In this document: in pieces, positions 45,852 to 56,900 of the stretch
How positions within the stretch are numbered: the stretch's first letter is position 1
Layout: each line of letters opens with the position of its first letter
From: a virus
Taxonomy: Duplodnaviria > Caudoviricetes
IMG/VR virus record: IMGVR_UViG_3300024187_000002
Span: 8,322-72,321 of that record
Reading direction: 5' to 3' (one strand)
Length of the DNA stretch: 64,000 bases
Position numbers and translations under genes: made by a program
Notes under the pieces: generated by a model
What the model was told of the DNA's origin: nothing
Seen by the model: the letters and a program-made list of their open reading frames with translations, nothing else
Database searches by the model: none

Positions 45852-46079
45852 CTGTTCAATAGCTCCCCAAACATAAGGCCGCGGCGTCTTAACTCCGCAT
45901 TCCCAGTTTGAAACTGTCTGTTTTCTTGATAATCCCAACGCTTTAGCAAATTCAGATTGAGACATACCTAGAGCTAATCGAGCAGCTTTAATACGTTGAC
46001 CAGCATTCAGATCAGAGAAAGATTCTGGCGGATTTGATGTAGATTTCGGCGGGTGTTTTGCGTTATACTTGGCAGACAT
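45837..46079 (-). CDS. XRE-family HTH regulator
   Basis: GQRIKAARLALGMSQSEFAKALGLSRKQTVSNWECGVKTP. Confidence 0.92.
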   Translation of the reverse strand: MSAKYNAKHPPKSTSNPPESFSDLNAGQRIKAARLALGMSQSEFAKALGLSRKQTVSNWECGVKTPRPYVWGAIEQLRVK

Positions 46080-46124
46080 TTTGGATAGGTTCCTTCTCTG
46101 AGTTGAATGCTGGTTCTTTGAAAA

Positions 46125-46526
46125 TTACGCATATTTTGCCTGTAACCGCGCAAGCTCACGTCGTTCTTTTGCTTCGGTTTCAGCTTGACATGTAGCGGTT
46201 GCGGCTTCTTCGCGCGCCCGAACTTCTGCGGCATATTCATCTTTTAGTAATTGCAAGGCCGCGTTTAAGTCTTCATCCACCATGTCAAGAATGGTTACAG
46301 GGAACGAAACGTCATAACGATCTGTGTCGCCTGAGTGATATTCATCCCACTCAGCGGTCACTCGATCGGTGTCCGAGTCGTATGAATACTCAAAGGCGCT
46401 CGCTTGGCTCGTGTTCCAGCCCCGTCCGCGAATTACGGCGCACACAATGGAAGCGGGAATGGAGTTGATTGTTCTTGTGGCGGCGGCTCGATCCTTAAAA
46501 GCTTGCCGTATCTCTGTTGATGTCAT
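46125..46526 (-). CDS. Hypothetical protein
   Basis: AAGGAG SD; 133 aa. Confidence 0.6.
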   Translation of the reverse strand: MTSTEIRQAFKDRAAATRTINSIPASIVCAVIRGRGWNTSQASAFEYSYDSDTDRVTAEWDEYHSGDTDRYDVSFPVTILDMVDEDLNAALQLLKDEYAAEVRAREEAATATCQAETEAKERRELARLQAKYA

Positions 46527-46600
46527 GATGTTTTCTCCTTAGCGAATTTCAAGAAATCTCACGGCAAAGCAGTATATAGAGGCTCTGCCGTCAGAGTTCT

Positions 46601-46834
46601 TTAGCGAGCGAGTGGTATGTAGCCGCTTCCGATTTCACATTCATGGTCTTGTGAGATAGCGTATTTGTCACCCATTTTGAAAAGTCGCAGGAAGTACAGA
46701 AGGTCAAGCTGCTGAACCACGTAATACGTGCCTTGATCTTCCCAGAAGTAGAGAATGTTTTGAGTCGATCCTATCCATTTTTGAATCGCCTCAGTGACTT
46801 CGGTTGGTAGTTGCGAGTTGTTGGAATTTGGCAT
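46601..46834 (-). CDS. Hypothetical protein
   Basis: 77 aa in the same operon. Confidence 0.5.
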   Translation of the reverse strand: MPNSNNSQLPTEVTEAIQKWIGSTQNILYFWEDQGTYYVVQQLDLLYFLRLFKMGDKYAISQDHECEIGSGYIPLAR

Positions 46835-47105
46835 TTGTTTCGTGCTCTTTCCGGCTTATTCAGCCTAGCTGCGAATAGGGTTTAGTAACGGATTAGTTAG
46901 CGCGTTCGCCCGCGTGATCCTTAAGAATTCGACTCGCTTCTTGTTGGCCTATGCCGATTTTGTCTAAAGTATTCAGCGGCGATAACGCACATGCAGTCAA
47001 TTCCCTTTCGGCGTTTGGTGGTACAGTCCGAGTCGTGAATGCGAAGGCCACAGGCAGAACAATGCGACCACGACACGCCATTGGTTCTCTTGCTGCAATC
47101 GTGCC

Positions 47106-47420
47106 TCATGTGGCCACCTCTTGCGCGAAGAACGGTAGCTCGCCATTACAGATCGCGTCACGCTGAGTGCGACCTGAGAAGTTAATTGACCAGTCGCCAG
47201 AGATTGCGCCATCAGCAACGCGCTTGCCGAAAGTGACGTTTTCAGCGCCGCTAAATTTTACCCAAGCTGGCCCGTTCGTGGCGAGCATGTCATACAAACC
47301 ACTACGACCACGGCGCGGAGTGTAGCCAACTAAAACCTTGCGACCATCAGAATGAATTGCAACTAATTCATATCGTGTTGAATAGTTTTTGATTCTGGCG
47401 AGTTTTTCTTGGAGTGTCAT
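47106..47420 (-). CDS. Hypothetical protein
   Basis: ATG at 47420 after AAGGG. Confidence 0.55.
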   Translation of the reverse strand: MTLQEKLARIKNYSTRYELVAIHSDGRKVLVGYTPRRGRSGLYDMLATNGPAWVKFSGAENVTFGKRVADGAISGDWSINFSGRTQRDAICNGELPFFAQEVAT

Positions 47421-47507
47421 TTCGTGCCCTTTCATATCGGCTGCGAATGTTCTAACAAGGATTGATAAAACATCGAAACGCATCTCGCGGATGCGCTTCA
47501 GGAATTA

Positions 47508-47792
47508 TCAAGCGTTAACCGCGTGCTTGTTGAGCCACGTTTCAAACATCTTCGCTTTGCGAGCAATGCGCCGGAAGTCTTTCAACTTGAAAGTGGACAG
47601 TGACCACACATACCCGTTCACGTCCAGTTCTTTGCGTGAAATGTAATTCTTTTCATCGAGTTGGCCGATATTCTCAACATGGCCTAGTCGCCTTACTAAG
47701 GCGCGATCATTGTCAAGTAATTGGTCAATGCGAAAATAACTCCCAGTGGATCGGGCTAACCAGACCTCGTTAACTTGTGGCGTGCTTTTCAT
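47508..47792 (-). CDS. Hypothetical protein
   Basis: AAAGGAG SD; ATG at 47792. Confidence 0.55.
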   Translation of the reverse strand: MKSTPQVNEVWLARSTGSYFRIDQLLDNDRALVRRLGHVENIGQLDEKNYISRKELDVNGYVWSLSTFKLKDFRRIARKAKMFETWLNKHAVNA

Positions 47793-47833
47793 TCTAGCTG
47801 CGCTCCTTTGAGTGATTCGTTCTAACAAGACAG

Positions 47834-47863
47834 ACTATACATGAATGTTACCCGTAGCGCAAC
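47834..47863 (-). promoter_or_regulatory. Promoter overlapped by a candidate operator palindrome
   Basis: TTGCGC-17-TATAGT with an extended TG; GTTAC-N7-GCAAC at 47847-47863, near-identical to 17789-17805. Confidence 0.65.
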
Positions 47864-47917
47864 ATACTATTTCGTATATGTACAGAAATTGCGGAATTTG
47901 CTACCTTCTAGCGGTGA

Positions 47918-48571
47918 ATGAAGTCACTAAGACCAGAAAGAGCGCAGAGATTCGCCGCGAAGTATGTTAGGAATGGATTTAATCCGGTTCAGGCGGTAGT
48001 TGATTGCGGCATCACGCGCAATCGTAATTCGGCTCACGTGATTGGCTGGCGTCTGTTACAAAATGTTACAACCCGCCAAGAAATTCGCAAGCATCTTACG
48101 AAGATGATATCTAACGACGTAATGACCGCTCAAGAAGTCCTACAGCGGCTTTCTAAGCACGCTAGAGCCTCTTTAGCTGACGTTCTCACAGATGATGGCC
48201 ACTTCGACCTGCAAACCGCAAAAGATAACCATTCTGACGATTTACTCAAGAAATTAAAGGTTCGCAGATTAAAGGATGGCTCTGTAGAACATGAATACGA
48301 GATTCACGATCCTCAGAACGCTCTCGTGCAAATGGCCCGTGTTCACAAGCTATTGACCGATAGAGTTGAGCAAACCAACACTTCTGAACAATCTCACATA
48401 GTAGAGCAAACTATCCTAAAACGTTCTGAGAGAACTGGTGAAGATGCTGAATCTATTGCACTTAGCCTGCTAGAATCATTTCAGGATGAGCCAGAATTCT
48501 TACAGCCTGAGTTGTGGGGAAAGTTTGCTTATGTGCTGGCTAAACCGTTGGAAAGCAAGGAGATACAGTGA
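47918..48571 (+). CDS. terS: Terminase small subunit
   Basis: FAAKYVRNGFNPVQA...GWRLLQNV...EVLQRLSKHARA...IHDPQNALVQMARVHKLLTDR. Confidence 0.85.
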   Translation: MKSLRPERAQRFAAKYVRNGFNPVQAVVDCGITRNRNSAHVIGWRLLQNVTTRQEIRKHLTKMISNDVMTAQEVLQRLSKHARASLADVLTDDGHFDLQTAKDNHSDDLLKKLKVRRLKDGSVEHEYEIHDPQNALVQMARVHKLLTDRVEQTNTSEQSHIVEQTILKRSERTGEDAESIALSLLESFQDEPEFLQPELWGKFAYVLAKPLESKEIQ

Positions 48572-48699
48572 CGCGAACGGCTGCAGGGATCGCATTATTG
48601 GTTAGCGGCATATCAGTGATAGCCGTGTCCGTTGTGCGTCTGTGTCAAATGTGGCGAGCTGAAACGCTGCGCCGCGCTAACTACTATAAGAATGAATAG
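48568..48699 (+). CDS. 43-aa single-TM protein
   Basis: AAGGAG SD, GTGA overlap with terS; AGIALLVSGISVIAVSVV. Confidence 0.5.
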   Translation: MTRTAAGIALLVSGISVIAVSVVRLCQMWRAETLRRANYYKNE

Positions 48700-48790
48700 C
48701 TTACGCCAATTCTACCGCCAGAAGCGCGTCGGTAAGGGCAAAAACGGAATGGTGTATAGACATTTGCTATGCGAAGTGCTATACAGTAGC

Positions 48791-48927
48791 TAGCGGTTCC
48801 CTCTCGTGGTTGCGTGAGTGGCTGAAACGTGACGCCAGCAAGATCGGAGATGCGATTGAGGCGCTGGATTGGCCGATGCTATCCGACCCGGGGTTCGACT
48901 CCCTCACCGTGAGAAATGGGGCCGCTA
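48791..48927 (+). ncRNA. Non-canonical tRNA-like RNA (class II-like cloverleaf on an extended stem; no CCA, no normal anticodon loop)
   Basis: Acceptor-like stem 48802-48810/48906-48914; D arm CGT-GAGTGGCTGAA-ACG; long variable arm; T arm GGGG-TTCGACT-CCCT; flanks 48791-48800/48918-48927 also pair; promoter-like TAGACA...TATACAGT at 48757-48787. Confidence 0.6.
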
Positions 48928-48937
48928 CAATTTATTC

Positions 48938-49393
48938 ATGGCAAAACAGCAATTCAACCGACGACTATCAGATGAGGCGATAACGGCAATTAGCTGGTGG
49001 GCGAAACAAGACTCAACCCCGGCGCGGAAAGTAACTGATACAGAGATTGTAGAGCGAGCGATTGCGCTGTACGACCAGATGCGTGCGAATGGCGGGGGAG
49101 TTCCTGAAGCCGTTCCGGTTATTCCCGAAGCGCAGCGAGTTGAATCTCGACCATCAACGGGGCGGATAACAAACATTTCCGCTAATGCGGGTTTCGACCC
49201 TGCGACTATTCCCGGCGTCTCGCGTGGTGTTTCAACAAACTTCACCTGTCGCTGTATCCATTCAGGGTGCAAAGGATCGAAGTTTCAGGGAGCATCGAAG
49301 TATGCAAATCTTTGTCCGGCTTGTGGCGAGTCTGGACATTCGGGCGATCCGCGAAGCTGTCAGGAATGTTTTAACGATATGGGGCCAGCATGA
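48938..49393 (+). CDS. RHH-like N-terminus plus Cys-rich C-terminus
   Basis: MAKQQFNRRLSDEAITAI...EIVERAIALY; CRC...C...CPAC...CQEC. Confidence 0.55.
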   Translation: MAKQQFNRRLSDEAITAISWWAKQDSTPARKVTDTEIVERAIALYDQMRANGGGVPEAVPVIPEAQRVESRPSTGRITNISANAGFDPATIPGVSRGVSTNFTCRCIHSGCKGSKFQGASKYANLCPACGESGHSGDPRSCQECFNDMGPA

Positions 49394-49565
49394 GCAAGTG
49401 GAGTATTGCGTGGCGAACGGGGCTGATTTTTGCCTTAGGGTTTTTCGCCGCCGACCAAAGTGAACGCAAGATTTCCCGGCAGCCTTTCGTTCTCTTGGTG
49501 GAAACTGGCGGGTGATTGCCTTTTGGCAGCAACGTTGGGATGGTCTTTGACAATAGGAGAATCAA

Positions 49566-50898
49566 ATGAGCGAACTAAGTGAGGCGATTATAGCATGTGT
49601 TGAGTCGTCTGGATTGAACGATGACGACCAACGGAGTGCAATCGGAATGGCGCGGACGTGGGTAGACAAACGAGAGCCTATTAAGTGGAATCCTGAGCAG
49701 GTTCACTACGAGAAGCGCGACCAGTTAGCCGCAAACCTTGTAGCGATCATAGAAGCGAATCCCGCGGAAGATGAAGAGTACGTTAAGGCCCTACAAGCGG
49801 CACGTGCCGTGGTCAACGCGCCATTTCAAGTAGAAACACATGGCGGGGCAAGATTAGGAAAGCCGGGAGAGAAGAAGAAAGCACGTGAAGTGGCGACAGA
49901 AAGGTAAGGAGTAAGATGGACGGGGAGTTGCGTCGCAGGCTTAGCTTCTTCTTTTGGTTGTTATACCATTATTGCCATTACGAATATTGGCATACTTGCG
50001 ATTCTACTCGCGCTGATCATTAATTACCGCTAGAGAGGAATCAAAGTGAGCGATAGCGTTGATAAACTAGGAACGGTAGTGGTCAAGCAGTACGCTAGTG
50101 GATCAGAAAATCACGAACCTGAATTGGCGCTCATTTTCACTTCTTGTGACGCTCCGACATATGGATTACGTGACGCCGAAAATAATAGATACCATTGGCG
50201 ACAAGACCTGACTCGACCAGCGACTCCGGAAGAAGCCGTAAGGTATTGGCAGCAACGAGCAGAGAACGCGGAGCATCTATTCGAGAAAATGAACGAACTG
50301 AACATAAAACTCAGTGACCACAATGATAAATTAATAGAACGGTTATATTGCCTGCCGGTGGATACGCCAAAATGAGAACCCTGTCTGACGCCTTACGCCG
50401 AGCGGCAGAGTGGTTAGCGCATCTCTGTGGATATTATCGATTCGGGTCGATAGACAGTGAGGGCAGCAAAACTCGGCAATGGATTGATGAAGCATCTTTT
50501 GCTCGTTTGGAGCAACGAGTGCTGAGCCTTGACGAGAAATCCAAGCCAGAGTTTTTGAGTTGGGCGCGGAGCTATTACAACAACGGATGCGATCCCGTGA
50601 AATTGAAATGGGCGGTTGCGATTATTGGCACGTTAGCGCCTGAAGAATTAGATGACGATGAAAGTATTTTGGACGCGGAGATTCTGGACGCATGAGAACA
50701 ATTCAAGACGCCTTAGATCGTGCTAAATCTCTCCGAGACTTCAAAGCAGCAAGTCCAGATAGGTTTGAGAAGTGTAACGACTTTCAGGACTTAGCTACTT
50801 TGGCGGATGAAGTTGAGAGATTAACTCACGCGATCAACGACGCCGCGGGAAATACTCTCTTGAACAATTCATTTACTTACCTACAGCATAAGAGTTAA
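49566..50898 (+). other. Small hypothetical genes between terS and terL
   Basis: ORFs 49566-49907, 50046-50375, 50372-50695 and 50692-50898 with SD sites and overlaps. Confidence 0.6.
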
Positions 50899-50908
50899 AG
50901 TCTCTTCC

Positions 50909-52384
50909 GTGATCAACGTAGATGCTCTTGAGGTAGAGATACGGCAAAAGTTCGCTAAACTTCGTAATCGGTTCCAAGCCGAGATTCCCGACACTTCCAA
51001 GCATCCCAACCAGCACGCCTTCGTCCACAGCACAGCTAAGCGTAACGTGATTCGCGCGGGCCGTCGCGGCGGGAAAACTTTTGGCACTGCTATACGTGCG
51101 GTCACTCGCTTTCAGCAAGGGGCGAGAGTGTTGTACGCTGCGCCGACTCAAGACCAGCTAGATCGATTCTGGGTTACGGTCTGCCGGTGTTTACAGAAGT
51201 CGATTGACTCGAAACAGATTTACAAGAACGAGACTCGGCACATCCTAGAAGTTCCCGGTACGGAGCAAAGGATTAGAGCTAAGACGGCGTGGAATGCCGA
51301 CTCTCTCCGTGGTGATTATGCAGACGAGTTAATTCTTGATGAGTGGCAGCTAATGAACGAGGACGCGTGGAGGCTTGTGGGCGCTCCAATGTTGGCTGAT
51401 AAGAACGGGAACGTGACGTTCATTTACACTCCGCCGTCCCTGCACTCGCGCTCAGCGTCTAAGGCTGACGACCCCCAACACGCGGCCAAGTTATTTAAGC
51501 GAGCCAAACAAGATACTACAGGTCGATGGGCGGTGTTTCACTTCTCTAGCCGAGAGAACCCCTACATTAGTCAGGACGCTATTGAGGAATTAGCACAGGA
51601 TATGACGGCTTTAGCTTATCGGATGGAGATTGAAGCTGAAGACGTAGATCAGAATCCGGGCGCGTTGTGGACGCGAGAAGTTATCGAGAAAGGACGACTC
51701 GGAGAGAACGACGTACCCGACTTGGAAAGAATCGTGGTAGCCGTAGACCCGTCGGCTACAGCTGACGGTGATGAGGCCGGGATAACAGTTGTAGGCAGCG
51801 CTAATGGTCACGGGTATTTACTAGCGGATGTGAGCAAACAAGGTAGTCCTGCTCAATGGGCTGAAACAGCAATTTCAACGTTTCACTATTACGATGCTGA
51901 TCAGATTATCGCAGAATCAAACAATGGCGGTGAGATGGTCAAGCTAACTCTAAACACGGTCGATCCTCGCGTGCCCGTCACGTTGGTTCACGCCTCAAGA
52001 GGGAAACAGACCAGAGCGGAGCCAGTAGCGGCACTAGCCGAACATGCAAGATTGCACCATGTTGGTAAATTTCCGTTGTTAGAGGACGAACTGTGTTTGT
52101 GGATGCCAGGGGATGATTCGCCGAATAGGCTAGACGCTTTTGTTTGGGGAGTGTCGGCGTTGAATTTATTCAAATGGCAAGAGAACCCGCGCAGTCGAAA
52201 AGAGATGATTCACCGTGCTATTCCAGATAAGTATAAACCCGAAACACTGCAAACGAATTACTCCCACGCTCAAGAGATGGCGGTGAGATTTCAATATGAA
52301 CAAGCCAAGAAAAAGGTGCAGACTTCACGGGTATATGAGTTCAACGAGTGGCTTGATCCGGTTGAAGAACGAGACGAAGGCTGA
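50909..52384 (+). CDS. terL: Terminase large subunit
   Basis: AGRRGGKT Walker A, LILDEW Walker B, VVAVDPS RNase H-like nuclease, RLDA. Confidence 0.95.
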   Translation: MINVDALEVEIRQKFAKLRNRFQAEIPDTSKHPNQHAFVHSTAKRNVIRAGRRGGKTFGTAIRAVTRFQQGARVLYAAPTQDQLDRFWVTVCRCLQKSIDSKQIYKNETRHILEVPGTEQRIRAKTAWNADSLRGDYADELILDEWQLMNEDAWRLVGAPMLADKNGNVTFIYTPPSLHSRSASKADDPQHAAKLFKRAKQDTTGRWAVFHFSSRENPYISQDAIEELAQDMTALAYRMEIEAEDVDQNPGALWTREVIEKGRLGENDVPDLERIVVAVDPSATADGDEAGITVVGSANGHGYLLADVSKQGSPAQWAETAISTFHYYDADQIIAESNNGGEMVKLTLNTVDPRVPVTLVHASRGKQTRAEPVAALAEHARLHHVGKFPLLEDELCLWMPGDDSPNRLDAFVWGVSALNLFKWQENPRSRKEMIHRAIPDKYKPETLQTNYSHAQEMAVRFQYEQAKKKVQTSRVYEFNEWLDPVEERDEG

Positions 52385-52428
52385 ACTTTGCTATTTACGT
52401 TTACGGTCAATAAGCATATGATTCGCCC

Positions 52429-53712
52429 ATGCCTGACGGATTGTCATCGACTGATTATTTCCGCGCTAATCTGCCTCAAGTAGAAGCCTTAAAGAAGAGG
52501 CAGTTATTTGACGCGATGAAGAACGCCGCACCACAACCTACAGGTTCACGAGTAGGTATTGGATCGAATGGAAGCTTAACAGGGGTGAAGATGCCTGACG
52601 CGGACGTGATGAAACCGCTAACCACTCCAACTAGTCCAGTGATTAACGTTCCAACGCCTGACACCTCCAGTTTAGCCGAGCGCCAGCCGGTGCGTATGGG
52701 CATAGACTTGTCTGGGTTGAAAGGTTCTGATCGCGGGTTAGCTCAACTTCAGGCGATGCAGGATGCGGACAGTGAAGGGTTGAATACCAAGACCGCTGGT
52801 GATTTTGTAGAAACACAAGCGCCGCGGCCTATGCATTTAGGACTGTTGGAACACCTGAAGAACGCGGGGAAAGATTTAGTCATCAACATGGGCCAGTATG
52901 CTAAAACCCATCCCGGTGCAAGTACGGGAGAATTGCTAGGTGCTGGCGGTGCTGGTGCTTTAGTTGGCGGGATCAGCCCTGACGCTGGTGATGTGCTGAA
53001 TCGAAAATATCAAATTGAGCAGCAACAAGGCGACGTGGCGAATCAGCTAGGGATTGAAGGCCGACAAGCTCAAGTAGTCAACGAGCAAAATAAACCGTTA
53101 GTTGACTTGGCGAGAATTAAGGCACAAACAGAAAAAGCAAGGGCTGACGCCGAGAGAGAGGATGCAAAGCTCAAAGAGACGGCGCAGTATCATAAGGATA
53201 CGATTGCCGAACGTACAAACAGGACGCGAGCAGAACGCGCGCCGCTATTACGAGAACGGGAGAATGGAGACGGCACGAAGACAACGCTGAAGTCTACGGA
53301 CAATGGCGCGACGTGGGCTGAAGTTCCTGAATTAGCGTCATTGTCTAAGCCAAAGGACACCCAAGACTACGCTCAGCTTCGCGATTGGAATTATAAGAAG
53401 CAGAATGAAGCAGCCGCAGCCGAGAAGGACTTACGCCAACAAGCTGATGCGATTAAGATCGTAACTGTAGACGATGAAGAGAAGAAAAAGAACCTCATGT
53501 CTCGTGCTGACGAGGCCGCAAAGAATGTTTTGAAGTATCGAGACGAGGGAGATAAGGCGGCAGCTAAGATTAAAATGCAATCTGCTTCAAGCGTGCCGTC
53601 ACCATCTACTCATGTTCTGAATAAGAAAGCGTGGTTACAATCTCACGATCTTAAGGACTGGCCTAAAGCAGTAGCAGCAGCTAAGAGTGCGGGGTATCAG
53701 ATAGTGCAATGA
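52429..53712 (+). CDS. Putative internal virion / ejection protein
   Basis: 427 aa, Q/A/K-rich helical with a Gly-rich hydrophobic patch (LLGAGGAGALVGG); precedes the giant SLT protein. Confidence 0.55.
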   Translation: MPDGLSSTDYFRANLPQVEALKKRQLFDAMKNAAPQPTGSRVGIGSNGSLTGVKMPDADVMKPLTTPTSPVINVPTPDTSSLAERQPVRMGIDLSGLKGSDRGLAQLQAMQDADSEGLNTKTAGDFVETQAPRPMHLGLLEHLKNAGKDLVINMGQYAKTHPGASTGELLGAGGAGALVGGISPDAGDVLNRKYQIEQQQGDVANQLGIEGRQAQVVNEQNKPLVDLARIKAQTEKARADAEREDAKLKETAQYHKDTIAERTNRTRAERAPLLRERENGDGTKTTLKSTDNGATWAEVPELASLSKPKDTQDYAQLRDWNYKKQNEAAAAEKDLRQQADAIKIVTVDDEEKKKNLMSRADEAAKNVLKYRDEGDKAAAKIKMQSASSVPSPSTHVLNKKAWLQSHDLKDWPKAVAAAKSAGYQIVQ

Positions 53713-53984
53713 CAGACTGCCTTAATCCGACGTGTAGTCATCCACACGACGATCATTTACCCGTTTGTGTTCGTTGTGCGTGTGCCCGGTTTGTCTTTCC
53801 ATCGCTGAATGCGCCCGTGACCGACTGCGGCGGTGGCGCTCTCACGCGAGAGTGGGCGATCGAGAATTTGACCACTGCCGAAGCTCAATATGAACGCAAC
53901 CCCTCTTATGCTAACAAGTGTCGCATTACTGCGTACAAGATGCTCTTGCCACTCTTTATTGAAGAATCCGATGCGGTTCAGTAG
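53709..53984 (+). CDS. Small Cys/His-rich hypothetical protein
   Basis: CLNPTCSHPHDDH...CVRCAC..F. Confidence 0.5.
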   Translation: MTDCLNPTCSHPHDDHLPVCVRCACARFVFPSLNAPVTDCGGGALTREWAIENLTTAEAQYERNPSYANKCRITAYKMLLPLFIEESDAVQ

Positions 53985-56900
53985 ATGCCTGACGATCCTA
54001 ACGACATTCTGTCTGGTGGTTTGGTTCCTCGTACTCCGCGTTCAATAGACCCGTCAGAACGTGTTAGACAAATTGCGTCACGCGCCCAAATCTCGCCTGA
54101 CGTTGCGGATGACTACCTGAAAACAACTCAAGTTGAATCGGGCCATAACGTAAACGTTCGTGATAGCTCCAAGGGGGCGCAGGGCTTTGGGCAGGTGATG
54201 CCGGATCGTCCGGGCGGCACGATTCGCACTGTGGGTGGCAGGCAGTACAATCTCCGAAATCCCGATGAAAACATCGAGGCGGGCTTACGGTATTTCAACG
54301 AAGGCGGCCCCGATCCGGTTAGTCGAAGGCTCTATTATTTCGGCGGCCCAAAAGCTAAACGCCACTATGAGAGCACGGGACAGATACCAAATATTTCAGA
54401 CGGAAATATGTCCGCCGCGCAATACGTAAAAGCTACTGGCGGCAGTGTACCGAATAGACCTATTCGCGCCCAAGAGCCATCAATTCTCAGTGGGGGATTA
54501 GTCAGTAAAAGCCCTGCGTCTAAAACTGAGACGCCTGACATTCTCTCAGGTGGATTAGTTGAGGCAAGTCCGTCCAGCCCGGCAAGTCCTGACAATTCAG
54601 GACAAGTCCCGGCAAGTCCACCTCTGACTACTAATGATGCTGCATGGCACTTTGGCACGACGCCGGACGAAGCGAGACGATTAACGCCCAAGGCCCAACA
54701 GATATTAAGTGAAGCAGTCGCGGAAGATCAGCGCAAGAAAGCAGCAGGCCAACAAGTTCAGCAACCGTCTCTGAAGTATCAGAACGATATGCGTAAGGCG
54801 GCAGGGCTAAGACCGTTAAAGTACAACATTGTCACTGATGAGACCAAGACTGCGCCTTACTACCAACCAACCACAGTTCCCTTCATGCTGAAAGAGAAGG
54901 CCCCGATTCAGGTCAAGCCGCGCCCGTTTACTTTCCAATCGCCAAGCGATGAGCAAATAAAAGAGTCGATTAGACGAGAGGTATTAGCATCAGCGAGACA
55001 AGATACACATCTGCATCCTGAGGCGGGTAACGATATCAACCAGACTGACATTGAAAACATCGTCAACCAACGATTCGCGGATTACAAGGCGAACCAAGCG
55101 AGCGAAACGACTGCGGCGCAGCTTGGGCCAAGTATGCAAGCGCGTCAACGAGGCATCGGAGAGCGCGTCAGCGAGAAATTAGGTGATGTCGCTACAAGTC
55201 TGAATATCGACACTCCGATGGGACTGAAGACGGACGTGTTAAGAGGCGCAGCCAAAGGTCTATTATTGCCTGTCCCGTCACGCACGATTTCACCAGAGGA
55301 GAAGTTAGTCGATCCAAGTGCTGAGGCGTGGCAGAAGTCGTTCCTTGGGCCTGAATCAGTCGGAGAGTTGGCGACCGCGTTCATTCCTTACGTTGGTGCA
55401 GGGAAGCTTGTTTCTAAGCTGGGCGTAGCGAGTCCTGTATTGAGAGACGCACTAACGTTCGGAGTTGTGGATGCGGCGAAACAATTCTCGCAGACGGGAA
55501 AGATTGACCCGCAATCCGTAGCCGAATCGCTATTGATGGGTGGCGCGATGGGGAAGATTGCGGGACTTGATCCAAGTCTAAAGCGTAGAATAGTTGCGTA
55601 TCTTGCCCCTCAAGTAGCCGTAGGATTGGCAAAGGGTCAACCCGCGTCGCAGATAGCTCAGGGTGCTGTTACTAATTTAGGATTTGCGTTAGCAGGTGGA
55701 ACGAAGGGCGAGCCATCAGATTTAAGAGTTACACCAAAAGGAGAGATCAATGCAGGGAGTAGCGTACCAAGTGGACGACAGCAACCAATTTCAAGTGCTG
55801 AACCGAGGCAGATACCCAGAACTCAAGAGCGAGATGTTGCCAGTGAAATATCAAGTCCGTTGGTGGCAACTGCCGAAAGCCTTAATCCTGATGTGGCAGG
55901 GTCGAGTCGAATACAAGAACGGGCATTGGCAGAGCGTCTTGCGTCTCAGCAGAAAGGACTTGGAGCGAGCGAAGCAACAACTCGCCAAGGTGTAGATTAT
56001 GCGAACCAAATTGAAGCGCAGCCGAATGTCACGGCGCAACCTGAGAGCGCGGAGTCAGTCGAGCAAGTTAAGCGGTCGCGTCAAGTGGTTTCGGAGCCTG
56101 TGGGAGCGCCTGCCCGCGTGTCAGAATCCTCAACCTTATCACCCGACGTGGGAACAATGGGCGACGAAGGTAGCCAAGCTATAAGACACGTAGACCTTCA
56201 ACCCCGCAGAGTTCGCGGCGAAGGCAAGGGCCAATTCAAAGCCGAAACTCGCGCACAGAGAGAAGGAAGACTCGCACAAGTAAACTCTCCCGCTACGCCT
56301 TCCGAGGGTGATACTGAAGGAAAGTTCTACGAGCAGTTCCGCGCAACCGATCAAAAAGATTACAACCAAAAAGTTAACGCTCTGGAAGCTTACCTGAGTC
56401 TGGACAAAGAGCGCGCCCAAATCAGCGATAAGTTGGCTGGCTACGAATCCGACCATCCTCAGTACAAGCTGCTTGATAAAAAGCTAGACGAAATAGATCG
56501 CAACTTGAATCTGGAGGTCGATCAGGCAACGAAGCGCCTTGGCGTTAGTGCTCAAGATTTCATCAGCCTGGTAAACGAGTTTGAGAGCAATAAGGCTGCC
56601 GTTACTGCTGCGCTACGTCCGCAGGGTGGCGTATCTGTACCTGAAGGGAAGCGTCCTGTCTCTCGGCAAGAAGCAACGGACTTAGGCTACACCCAGCGCG
56701 ATCCATCTGACGTACGCACTTTCAAAGCGCAATCCATTTCAGATGAATCGCTGAAGTCACATCTCAGAAAGAACGGGTTCAAAGCTGACGATACGATTAT
56801 TACACCAAAAGGTGAAGCCGAAATTTATCAAGCATCTTCGGGGTTGGCTTATTCATGGAAACCCAAAACTGGAAAGGGCCGTGACGGGCGGATATTCATT

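Noticed and set aside
48802-48914. Functional canonical tRNA, tmRNA or YrlA Y RNA
   Set aside because: No 7-nt anticodon loop with U33 and no CCA; no tag ORF or pseudoknots; D arm precedes T arm (YrlA is permuted) and no Ro60 gene is seen.
48869-48937. N-terminal extension of ORF 48869..49393
   Set aside because: It overlaps the tRNA-like RNA; ATG 48938 gives a more plausible RHH-like start.
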